Positions 26,483-33,806 of a stretch of DNA of 33,806 nucleotides are shown here, one piece after another. The DNA comes from Xanthobacteraceae bacterium (GTDB lineage Bacteria > Pseudomonadota > Alphaproteobacteria > Rhizobiales > Xanthobacteraceae). Location of the stretch: the NCBI GenBank assembly GCA_036514935.1, contig DATBWJ010000100.1:1-33806 (forward strand). Reading direction: 5' to 3'. Numbering within the stretch: position 1 is the first letter of the stretch; every line of letters starts with the position of its first letter. The translations under genes and the position numbers were made by a program. Below the pieces are notes generated by a model. It ran no database searches. It saw only the letters and a program-made list of their open reading frames with translations, and was not told the DNA's origin.

Positions 26483-27976
26483 ATGTACATCGACCGGCAG
26501 ATCGAGCACACAGGCGAGCGGTCGCCGCCGGCCGATGTCGCGCTGCCCGAACCAGATTCTTCGGACGACGTGCCGCTCTACGCCGCCCGCCGCCAGCTCT
26601 ACCCGCAGGACGTCGCGGGTACCTACCGCACGATCAAGTGGACCGTGCTCGCCATCACGCTCGGCATCTACTACCTCTTGCCGTTCGTGCGCTGGGACCG
26701 CGGCCCCAACGCGCCCGACCAGGCGGTGCTGGTCGATTTCCCGGGCCGCCGCCTCTACTTCTTCTTCATCGAGATCTGGCCACAGGAAGTCTACTACCTC
26801 ACCGGGCTGCTCATCCTGGCGGCCATGGTCCTGTTCCTCATGAACGCGATCGCCGGGCGGGTGTGGTGCGGCTACCTCTGCCCGCAGACGGTGTGGACCG
26901 ATCTGTTCTACGCGATCGAGCGCCGGGTCGAGGGTGACCGCCGCGCGCACATGCAGCGCGATCGCGCGCCGTGGTCGCTCGAAAAGTTCGCGCGCAAGGG
27001 GATGAAGCACTTCCTGTGGCTGATGGTGGCGTGGTGGACCGGCGGGGCCTGGGTGCTCTACTTCGCCGACGCCCCGACGCTGGTGAAGGACCTCGCCACC
27101 TTCGAGGCCCCGCTCATCGCCTACGCCTGGATCGGTATCCTGACGTTGACCACCTATACGCTCGCCGGGCACCTGCGCGAGCAGGTGTGCATCTACATGT
27201 GTCCGTGGCCGCGCATCCAGGCCGCGCTCACCGACGAGTATGCGTTCGACGTCACCTATCGCTACGACCGCGGCGAGCCGCGCGGCTCGGCGAAGAAGAA
27301 CGCGCAGCGGCGCGCGCAGGGCCTGCCGGCAGGCGACTGCGTGGATTGCCTGCAGTGCGTCGCCGTGTGTCCGACCGGCGTTGACATCCGCGACGGTGCG
27401 AACCTTGGCTGCATCCAGTGCGGCCTGTGCATCGACGCCTGCGACGCGGTGATGGCCAAGCTCGGCTGGCCGACTCGGCTGATCGCCTATGACACCGAGG
27501 TCAACATCCGCCGCCGCCTTGAGGGCAAGCCCGCGCTCTTGCGCGTCGTGCGCCCGCGCACCGTCGTCTATGCGGGCATCATTGCGCTCGTCGGCGCGAT
27601 CATGGTCTACTCGCTGGCGACCCGCGAGAGCCTGGGTCTCAACGTCATCCACGACCGCAATCCGATCTTTGTGCGGCTGGCCGACGGGGCGATCCGCAAC
27701 GCCTACACCGTCCGCATCCTCAACAAGAGAACCGTGGCCCGTCGATTTGCCCTCGCGATCGAAGGCGTTCCCGGAGCCTCGCTGGAGATCGTCGGTGAGC
27801 CGACGCCGCCCGACGGGGATCCCGCCATCGAGGTCGGCCCCGACCAGACCCGCGAGGTGCGCGTGCTGGTCACCGATCATGGAACCGGCGCCCCTTCGAG
27901 CGCCATCACGTTTACGGTGATCGATCGCGCGACCGGCGAGGCGGCGCGCGCTTCCGATCACTTCCGCCGCGCGTGA
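26483..27976 (+). CDS. fixG: cbb3 oxidase maturation ferredoxin-type membrane protein FixG/CcoG
   Basis: ATG 2 nt after the fixP stop. TM segments plus CVDCLQCVAVCP and CIQCGLCIDAC [4Fe-4S] motifs. Confidence 0.9.
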   Translation: MYIDRQIEHTGERSPPADVALPEPDSSDDVPLYAARRQLYPQDVAGTYRTIKWTVLAITLGIYYLLPFVRWDRGPNAPDQAVLVDFPGRRLYFFFIEIWPQEVYYLTGLLILAAMVLFLMNAIAGRVWCGYLCPQTVWTDLFYAIERRVEGDRRAHMQRDRAPWSLEKFARKGMKHFLWLMVAWWTGGAWVLYFADAPTLVKDLATFEAPLIAYAWIGILTLTTYTLAGHLREQVCIYMCPWPRIQAALTDEYAFDVTYRYDRGEPRGSAKKNAQRRAQGLPAGDCVDCLQCVAVCPTGVDIRDGANLGCIQCGLCIDACDAVMAKLGWPTRLIAYDTEVNIRRRLEGKPALLRVVRPRTVVYAGIIALVGAIMVYSLATRESLGLNVIHDRNPIFVRLADGAIRNAYTVRILNKRTVARRFALAIEGVPGASLEIVGEPTPPDGDPAIEVGPDQTREVRVLVTDHGTGAPSSAITFTVIDRATGEAARASDHFRRA

Positions 27977-27988
27977 AAGGCAGCGACC

Positions 27989-28486
27989 ATGACCAGCCGA
28001 CTCCGCCATGAGCGCGAGCTGACCGGACGCACGGTTCTCGTTTGCCTGCTGGCGTTCTTTGCGGTCGTCGTCGGCGTCAACGCGGTCATGGTGCGCGTGG
28101 CGATCTCGACCTTCGGCGGCGTGGAGACCGAGAACGCCTACCGCGCGGGCCTCGCCTTCAACCAGGATCGTGCTGCCGCGCTCGCCCAGGATGCGCGCCG
28201 CTGGACAGTCGACGCCCGCCTGATCCAGCCCACGCCGGACCGGGCCGAGTTGGTCATCAGCCTCAGGGACAAGGCCGGTGCGCCGGTCACGGGCGTCGAT
28301 GTCGCGGCGCGGCTGGCGCATCCGGCCGACGCGCGCCGCGATCACCCCGTCGCCCTGACCGAGCGGGGGCCGGGAACATTCGCCGGCATCAGCGCGGCCG
28401 ATGCCGGCCAGTGGGATTTGCTGATCGAGGTGGTGCGAAACGGCGAACGCCTGTTTCGTTCCAAGAGCCGCATCGCCCTGCGTTGA
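27989..28486 (+). CDS. fixH: FixH/CcoH cbb3 assembly protein
   Basis: 165 aa. N-terminal TM VLVCLLAFFAVVVGVNAVMV. Positioned between fixG and fixI. Confidence 0.85.
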   Translation: MTSRLRHERELTGRTVLVCLLAFFAVVVGVNAVMVRVAISTFGGVETENAYRAGLAFNQDRAAALAQDARRWTVDARLIQPTPDRAELVISLRDKAGAPVTGVDVAARLAHPADARRDHPVALTERGPGTFAGISAADAGQWDLLIEVVRNGERLFRSKSRIALR

Positions 28487-30730
28487 GTGCACGCCATGAA
28501 CGAGGCTCTCGATCTTTCTCACTTCGCCCGGCCGCGCGAGGACGGAGTTCTCCAAATGGAGCTCGCCGTCGAGGGCATCGCCTGCGGCGGCTGCATCGCC
28601 CGCATCGAAGGCGCGCTCAAGCGAATGCCGGGCGTGGTCGAGGCGCGCGTCAATTTCACCAACCGCCGGCTGACGGTCGCCTGGATCAAGGAGGCGATCT
28701 CGCCTGGGGCCGTCATCGAGGCGCTCGACAAGATGGGCTACGGCGCGCGCCCGTTTGCGCCGCGGCTCGCCGAGGACGAGGACGCGCGCGCGGCCCGCGA
28801 GCTGATGAAATGCCTGGCGACCGCCGGATTTGCGGCGATGAACATCATGCTGCTGTCGGTGTCGGTGTGGTCGGGCAATATCACCGACATCACGCCGGAG
28901 ACGCGCGACTTCTTCCACTGGCTGTCGGCTCTCATCGCCGTCCCGGCCGTGGCCTATGCCGGCCGGCCGTTCTTGCGCAGTGCGCTCGGCGCGCTGCGCG
29001 CCCGCTCCGTCAACATGGACGTGCCGATTTCGCTCGGCGTCTTGCTGGCGGTCGGCATGTCGCTCATCGAGACGATCAACCACGCCGAGCACGCCTACTT
29101 CGATTCGGCGGTGATGCTGCTGTTCTTCCTGCTGTGCGGCCGCTATCTCGATCACGCCATGCGTCGTCGCACGCGCGCCGTCGCCGGCAACCTGGCCGCC
29201 CTGCGGGCCGAAATCGCGCAGCGGCTGGAGCGCAACGGCGACGTGATCGAGGTGCCGGCCGCCGCGCTCGAGCCAGGTGATCGCATCGTGGTCCGCCCCG
29301 GCGACCGCCTGCCCGCCGACGGCGTCGTGGTCGACGGCACTTCCGAGATCGACGAGAGCCTGGTCACCGGGGAGACGGCGGGGCGGACGCGGCGCGGCGG
29401 CGAGATGGTCTATGCCGGATCCCTCAACCTGACGGGCGCGCTCACGCTGCGGGTCACCGCCGCGGGCGAGCGCACGCTGCTCGACGAGGTCGAGCGGCTC
29501 CTTGAGAAGGCGGTGAAATCGAAATCGCGCTACGTGCGGCTGGCCGATCGCGCCGCCCGCTGCTACGCGCCGGTCGTGCACACGGCCGCCGCGGCGACGC
29601 TGGGCGGCTGGCTGCTCGCCGGCGCCTCGCTTCATGACGCGGTGATCGCGGCGATCTCGGTCCTGATCATCACATGCCCGTGCGCGCTGGCGCTCGCCGT
29701 TCCGGCTGTGCAGGTGGTCGCGGCGGGACGGCTGTTCCGCAACGGCGTGATCCTCAACGCCGGCGATGCCATCGAGCGGCTCGCCGAGATCGACACGGTG
29801 GTGTTCGACAAGACCGGAACGCTCACGCTGCCCGAGGGCCGGGTGGCGAACGCGGCGGCGGTCCCCCCCGATCTTCTGGAACTGGCGGCCCGCCTCGGTC
29901 TGTCGAGCCGGCATCCGCTGGCCGCCGCCGTGGCGCGCGAGGCGCGCGACCGCAAGCCTTTCCCCGGCGTCGTCGAGGACGCCGGGCAGGGCGTGCGCGC
30001 CATTGTCGAGGGCAGGGAGGCGAGGCTCGGCAGCGCATCTCATTGCCGCCTCGACGGGCTGCTGCAGCATCCGGCATCGCAAGCCTCGATCATCGCCGTC
30101 CGTCACGGCGAGCGCTGGGCGGTGCTCATGGTCGATCAGGCCTTGCGCCCGGATGCCGTCTCGATCGTGGGCGGGCTGCGCGCGCGCGGGCTTGCGATGC
30201 GCATCCTGTCCGGCGACCGCCGCGACGCCATCGCGCCCATCGCCGCCGCGCTCGGCATTTCCGATTGGCAGGCCGGCCTGACGCCCGATCGCAAGGTCGA
30301 GGCGCTGAAATCGCTCGCGGCGCAGGGGCATCGCGTGCTGATGGTGGGCGACGGCATCAACGATGCGCCATCGCTCGCCCAGGCGCACGTATCCATGTCG
30401 CCCATCTCGGCGGCCGAGCTGTCGCAGGCCCATGCCGATGCGGTGTTTCTCGGCGCCCATCTCGCCCCCGTCCTGGAGTCGGTGCTCACCGCGCGCGCGG
30501 CGCGCCGGCTGATGCTGCAGAACCTATCGTTGGCGGCAGTCTACAACCTCATTGCCATTCCCATTGCCGTTGCCGGCCTGGTCACGCCCCTGATCGCGGC
30601 GCTGGCAATGTCCGGCTCGTCCCTGCTGGTCACGGCTAATGCGCTTCGCCTGCGCCTCAGTCGCCGGCGGCGAGCCGATGAAGCGCCGCAACAACCCGGT
30701 TCCGCACCTGCAACCCTGGCAGCCCCATGA
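28487..30730 (+). CDS. fixI: Copper-translocating P1B-type ATPase FixI/CcoI
   Basis: HMA domain GIACGGCIARIE, CPC transport motif ITCPCALALA, DKTGTLT phosphorylation site and GDGINDAP hinge. GTG at 28487 abuts the fixH stop; an alternative ATG lies at 28496. Confidence 0.9.
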   Translation: MHAMNEALDLSHFARPREDGVLQMELAVEGIACGGCIARIEGALKRMPGVVEARVNFTNRRLTVAWIKEAISPGAVIEALDKMGYGARPFAPRLAEDEDARAARELMKCLATAGFAAMNIMLLSVSVWSGNITDITPETRDFFHWLSALIAVPAVAYAGRPFLRSALGALRARSVNMDVPISLGVLLAVGMSLIETINHAEHAYFDSAVMLLFFLLCGRYLDHAMRRRTRAVAGNLAALRAEIAQRLERNGDVIEVPAAALEPGDRIVVRPGDRLPADGVVVDGTSEIDESLVTGETAGRTRRGGEMVYAGSLNLTGALTLRVTAAGERTLLDEVERLLEKAVKSKSRYVRLADRAARCYAPVVHTAAAATLGGWLLAGASLHDAVIAAISVLIITCPCALALAVPAVQVVAAGRLFRNGVILNAGDAIERLAEIDTVVFDKTGTLTLPEGRVANAAAVPPDLLELAARLGLSSRHPLAAAVAREARDRKPFPGVVEDAGQGVRAIVEGREARLGSASHCRLDGLLQHPASQASIIAVRHGERWAVLMVDQALRPDAVSIVGGLRARGLAMRILSGDRRDAIAPIAAALGISDWQAGLTPDRKVEALKSLAAQGHRVLMVGDGINDAPSLAQAHVSMSPISAAELSQAHADAVFLGAHLAPVLESVLTARAARRLMLQNLSLAAVYNLIAIPIAVAGLVTPLIAALAMSGSSLLVTANALRLRLSRRRRADEAPQQPGSAPATLAAP

Positions 30731-30876
30731 ACGTCCTCGTCTTTCTCGTCCCCATGGCGCTCGGTCTTGGCCTCGTCGGCCTGTTCGCGTTCCTGTGGTC
30801 GCTGCGGTCCGGTCAATACGAGGACCTCGATGGCGCCGCGTTGCGCGTGTTGAACGACGACGATATCACCGGCTGA
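30727..30876 (+). CDS. fixS: FixS/CcoS cbb3 maturation peptide
   Basis: Not in the ORF track (49 aa). ATG overlaps the fixI stop as ATGA. MNVLVFLVPMALGLGLVGLFAFLWSLRSGQYEDLDGAALRVLNDDDITG shows the typical single TM plus the SGQ(Y/F)(E/D)DL motif. Confidence 0.8.
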   Translation: MNVLVFLVPMALGLGLVGLFAFLWSLRSGQYEDLDGAALRVLNDDDITG

Positions 30877-30979
30877 GCGCCGGGCGCGGTCTGCCGCTGG
30901 CGGTCGGCGGCCGGTCGATCTCGATGCAAGCTGGCGCAACGGTCGGGCTGCCGGCCTCAGCCCAGCGAGACGCGATGAC

Positions 30980-32224
30980 ATGGTCCGCATTTCCGCCCTG
31001 GTTCACGAGCGCCGGCACCGATGCTTTGAGATCCTCGAGCAAGGGTCGATCGGCGATCGGTCGAGCGCCGCCGCGCGCTGTCTGATCGTCCTCGTCGTCG
31101 TGATCAGCCTCGCGGCGGTCGCGCTCGAGTCAGTGCCGCAATTTGCGTTGCAGTACCAGGCCGTCTTCACCGTGATCGAACTCGTCGCGCTGGTGGTCTT
31201 CACCGTCGAATATCTACTGCGATTGTGGGTGGCCGTCGAGCATCCCCTCTACCGCCATCTGCCGCCGGCGCGCGCGCGGTTGCGCTTCGTGGTCAGCCTG
31301 CAGGGCATCATCGATCTTGCTGCCGTGTTTCCCTTCTGGTTTGCGTTCGTTCTTCCGAGCGAGCTGCGCGTCGTGCTCGTGCTCCGCGTCATCCGCTTCC
31401 TCAAGCTCAGCCGTTACTCGCCGGCCATGCGCTCGCTGCTCGAGGCAGTGTACGTCGAACGGCGCGCCTTGCTGGGATGCTTCGTTGTTCTGCTGGGCGT
31501 AGCGATGATGAGCGCGACGTTGATGTACGTGGTGGAAGGACACATTCAGCCGCGGAAATTCGGGACCATTCCCGACGCCATGTGGTGGGCGATCGTCACG
31601 CTCGGCACCATTGGCTACGGAGACCTGGTGCCGATCACGCCCTTGGGCCGCGTGGTCGGCTCGGCGACCATATTTCTTGGCCTGATCATGATTGCGCTGC
31701 CGGTCGGCATTGTCGCGACTGCGTTTGCCAACGACATCCACCATCGCAACTTCATGGTGACCTGGGCCATGGTCGCGCGGGTCCCTCTGTTCGCCGGACT
31801 CGACGCCGGCCAGATCGCCGAAATCATGCGGCTGCTGCACTCCCGCCAGATCGAAAGCGGCACCATCATCGCGCGCCGCGGGGAGGCGGCCGACTCGATG
31901 TACTTCATCGCGGCCGGCGAGGTCGAGATCGACCTCAAGGACAAGCGGGTGCGGCTCGGCGCCGGCCATTTCTTCGGCGAGATCGCCGTGCTGCGCAAGG
32001 CGCTGCGCTCGGCCAATGTCACCGCGCTCACGCGCACCAGCCTGCTGGTGCTCGACGCGCGCGACGTGCATCTGCTGATGGACCGCGAGCCGAGAATCGC
32101 CGCGCGCATCCAGGCGATGGCGCAGCAGCGCCTCGGACCCGGGATCGAACCGAAGGGCGACCTCGCGGCCGAGGAACTCGCGGCGGTGACCGCGCAATCG
32201 GATGGCGACGGCCCGCGCACGTGA
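30980..32224 (+). CDS. Cyclic-nucleotide-gated, voltage-sensor-containing K+ channel (MloK1-like)
   Basis: S4-like LRVVLVLRVIRFLKLSRY. K+ selectivity filter TLGTIGYGD. C-terminal cNMP-binding domain with phosphate-binding cassette FFGEIAVL...RSANVTA. Confidence 0.85.
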   Translation: MVRISALVHERRHRCFEILEQGSIGDRSSAAARCLIVLVVVISLAAVALESVPQFALQYQAVFTVIELVALVVFTVEYLLRLWVAVEHPLYRHLPPARARLRFVVSLQGIIDLAAVFPFWFAFVLPSELRVVLVLRVIRFLKLSRYSPAMRSLLEAVYVERRALLGCFVVLLGVAMMSATLMYVVEGHIQPRKFGTIPDAMWWAIVTLGTIGYGDLVPITPLGRVVGSATIFLGLIMIALPVGIVATAFANDIHHRNFMVTWAMVARVPLFAGLDAGQIAEIMRLLHSRQIESGTIIARRGEAADSMYFIAAGEVEIDLKDKRVRLGAGHFFGEIAVLRKALRSANVTALTRTSLLVLDARDVHLLMDREPRIAARIQAMAQQRLGPGIEPKGDLAAEELAAVTAQSDGDGPRT

Positions 32225-32241
32225 CGCGGGCGCCGCTGCCT

Positions 32242-32255
32242 TTGACCTATGTCAA
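32242..32255 (+). promoter_or_regulatory. FixK/FNR-type box TTGACCTATGTCAA upstream of hsp20
   Basis: Exact consensus match 58 nt upstream of the ATG at 32313 and 18 nt after the channel stop codon. Confidence 0.6.
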
Positions 32256-32312
32256 CGCGAAATGCGGGCATTCAACCTATCGGGGTATCATCCAACAGCA
32301 GGAGAATCTGCC

Positions 32313-32852
32313 ATGGCTGAAGCTGCAACCAAGGTACCGGTGAAGACCGAGAAGAAGACCGCAGAGCCCGCGGCGGCCTTGCAGGAATGGCGGCCGTTCG
32401 AGAGCCTGCGCCGCGAGATCGATCGCCTGTTCGAGGATTTCGACCGCGGTTGGCTGTCCCCCTTCCGTCGCTCGATCTTTGACGTGGAGCCGTTGTGGCC
32501 GCGCGAGGTGAGCTGGGCGAGGGTTCCGGCGGTCGACATTGTCGAGAAGGAGAAGGCCTACGAGGTCACCGCCGAGCTGCCCGGCATGGACGAGCGCCAT
32601 GTCGAGGTCAAGCTTGTTGACGACGAACTGATCATCAAAGGCGAGAAGGAGGAAGAAAAAGAGGAGAAGAAAAAAGACTACTACCGTTCCGAACGTCGCT
32701 ACGGCTCGTTCGAGCGCCGGTTCCGGGTGCCGGAGGCCGTCGAATCCGACAAGATCGCCGCAGCGTTCAAGAAGGGCGTGCTCACCGTGACGCTGCCGAA
32801 GAAAGCCGAGGCCCAAAAACCGGAGAAGAAGATCGAGGTCAAGGCAGCCTGA
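32313..32852 (+). CDS. Small heat-shock protein (Hsp20 / alpha-crystallin family)
   Basis: ATG preceded by AGGAG. Alpha-crystallin core PAVDIVEKEKAYEVTAELPGMDERHVEVKL...SERRYGSFERRFRVPEAVESDKIAAAFKKGVLTVTLPK. Confidence 0.85.
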   Translation: MAEAATKVPVKTEKKTAEPAAALQEWRPFESLRREIDRLFEDFDRGWLSPFRRSIFDVEPLWPREVSWARVPAVDIVEKEKAYEVTAELPGMDERHVEVKLVDDELIIKGEKEEEKEEKKKDYYRSERRYGSFERRFRVPEAVESDKIAAAFKKGVLTVTLPKKAEAQKPEKKIEVKAA

Positions 32853-33104
32853 CCGGCGAAAGGCGGGCCGGCATTGCCGGCGCGCAGCGGCGGCGCGGTC
32901 GGCCAAAGCAGCGCGCCGCAACCTGATCTGGCGCCCGCTTGGGCGCGGTGCTCAGGTCGTCGCGAGCGGCCTTTTGCGGGTGGGCGGCGGGAAGAGGCGA
33001 TCAAGTTGGGCGAGGTGCTCCTTCCTGAGGCGCAGGTCGAGGGCGGCCCGGTTCTCGCGCACATGCGCCCGGTTCGACTCGGGCACTCGGATAGCGAGCA
33101 GCGC

Positions 33105-33118
33105 TTGATTTGGGTCAA
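33105..33118 (+). promoter_or_regulatory. FixK/FNR-type box TTGATTTGGGTCAA upstream of the 2Fe-2S/DUF4445 gene
   Basis: Exact consensus match 161 nt upstream of the TTG start at 33279. No other convincing gene lies nearby on either strand. Confidence 0.45.
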
Positions 33119-33278
33119 TCGCGCAGGCCGGGTTCTGCGTATCCTTCCGCCTGACTGCCGGCGTCGGCGGCGCTGTCGGCTGACCACGGCGCGGAGTGCT
33201 CGCTTGTCTGCGCGCCCGCCATAGCCGCTGCCGTCGCGCAATCGTTGTCGGCACGTCCTGGCGCTGCGGGAGCCATCC

Positions 33279-33806
33279 TTGAATCCGACCGACGGCCCCC
33301 TCTGCACGATCGACTTCGAGCCGGTTGGCAAGCGCATCGCCGTTGCGCCGACGACCACGCTGCTCGATGCGGCGCGGGCCGCCGGCGTCGGCGTCGCCTC
33401 GATATGCGGCGGGGAAGGCCAGTGCGGACGCTGTCGCGTGGTGGTTATGACCGGCCAGACCTCGGCGCCGACGGCGGCCGACCGGCTCAATCTGTCCGAG
33501 CGCGAGCTCGCCGACGGTCAACGCCTGGCGTGCCAGACGCGGGTGCTCGGCGACGTGAAGGTCTACGTGCCCAGAGCCTCGCAGGTGATCGAGCAGCGCT
33601 TGCAGATCGAGGGCGCGGCGCGGCGCGTGCAGGTGGATCCGTCGGTGCACGCGCATGCGATCGAGACTTCCGGGCCCAGCTTGGACGATCCGCGCTCGGA
33701 CCTCGAACGGGTGACCGACGCGCTTGCGCCGGTGCCAGGAATGCGATGGACGGCCGAGCCCGCCGTGGTGCGGCCGCTGCCGGCGCTCGCCCGCCGCACC
33801 GGCTGG
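33279..33806 (+). CDS. 2Fe-2S ferredoxin-domain protein with the start of an ASKHA/DUF4445 (RACo-like corrinoid activation) region, 3' end cut by window edge
   Basis: Absent from the ORF track because the frame runs off the window. My translation from TTG at 33279 (GGGAG 6 nt upstream) is LNPTDGPLCTIDFEPVGKRIAVAPTTTLLDAARAAGVGVASICGGEGQCGRCRVVVMTGQ...LADGQRLACQTRVLGDVKVYVP, a plant-type 2Fe-2S fold. The frame stays open to 33806. Confidence 0.7.
   Translation, partial: MNPTDGPLCTIDFEPVGKRIAVAPTTTLLDAARAAGVGVASICGGEGQCGRCRVVVMTGQTSAPTAADRLNLSERELADGQRLACQTRVLGDVKVYVPRASQVIEQRLQIEGAARRVQVDPSVHAHAIETSGPSLDDPRSDLERVTDALAPVPGMRWTAEPAVVRPLPALARRTGW

Noticed and set aside
26447-30460. 1337-aa minus-strand ORF, the longest in the track
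   Set aside because: It is antisense to fixG, fixH and fixI, which carry unambiguous motifs (CPC, DKTGT, GDGINDAP, Fe-S clusters). It has no recognisable domain and an extreme Arg/Gly/Asp composition. It is a shadow ORF. The same reasoning applies to 24648..26456 (-), 23453..24565 (-) and 31214..32197 (-).
32256-32312. Possible ROSE RNA thermometer upstream of hsp20
   Set aside because: Only about 57 nt lie between the FixK box and the ATG. That is too short for a ROSE element, and I could not see the characteristic SD-masking hairpin.
1-33806. Search for CRISPR arrays, tRNA or rRNA genes, IS elements, integrases, toxin-antitoxin pairs or known defence-system genes
   Set aside because: By eye I found no spaced direct-repeat arrays, no cloverleaf-like conserved tRNA segments, no transposase, integrase or recombinase-like ORFs, and no nuclease, helicase or methyltransferase clusters. 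The window is metabolic and regulatory rather than a defence island.

Overview
High-GC alphaproteobacterial chromosome segment. The gene order and intergenic repeat types look Bradyrhizobiaceae-like, but that assignment is from memory and was not searched. The window is almost fully coding (34 CDS called). It contains no rRNA, tRNA, CRISPR array, IS element or integrase, and no recognisable defence system.

Left part:
- 3' portion of a ThDP-dependent 2-oxoacid dehydrogenase operon: E1-alpha, E1-beta and lipoyl-E2, ending unusually in a translationally coupled acyl carrier protein.
- Convergent short-form malic enzyme, downstream of a TRAP transporter operon (P, Q, M).
- TauD/TfdA dioxygenase divergent from a LysR regulator.
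- A visibly lower-GC two-gene module (AprB-like ferredoxin plus AprA/SdhA-superfamily flavoprotein) bracketed by long non-coding DNA.
- A TPR protein.

Right two thirds form a classical microoxic (fix) island:
- fixK, a CBS-BON protein and a LOG-family protein.
- Two divergent tandem-USP genes, a conserved hypothetical and a small cytochrome c.
- An orphan receiver, then fixJ and fixL.
- Divergently, a tightly packed fixNOQP-fixGHIS (cbb3 oxidase plus maturation) block.
- A cyclic-nucleotide-gated K+ channel, an Hsp20, and the 5' end of a 2Fe-2S/DUF4445 (RACo-like) gene.

The strongest sequence-level signal is seven exact TTGA[TC]-N4-GTCAA FixK/FNR boxes plus one variant. All are intergenic and each lies upstream of a start codon. 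Together they tie malic enzyme, the USPs, cytochrome c, the orphan receiver, cbb3 oxidase, Hsp20 and the DUF4445 gene into one predicted low-oxygen regulon.

The best candidates for something not yet described are the E1/E2-ACP coupling and the low-GC AprBA-like module. Both are inferences that need homology searches and experiments.
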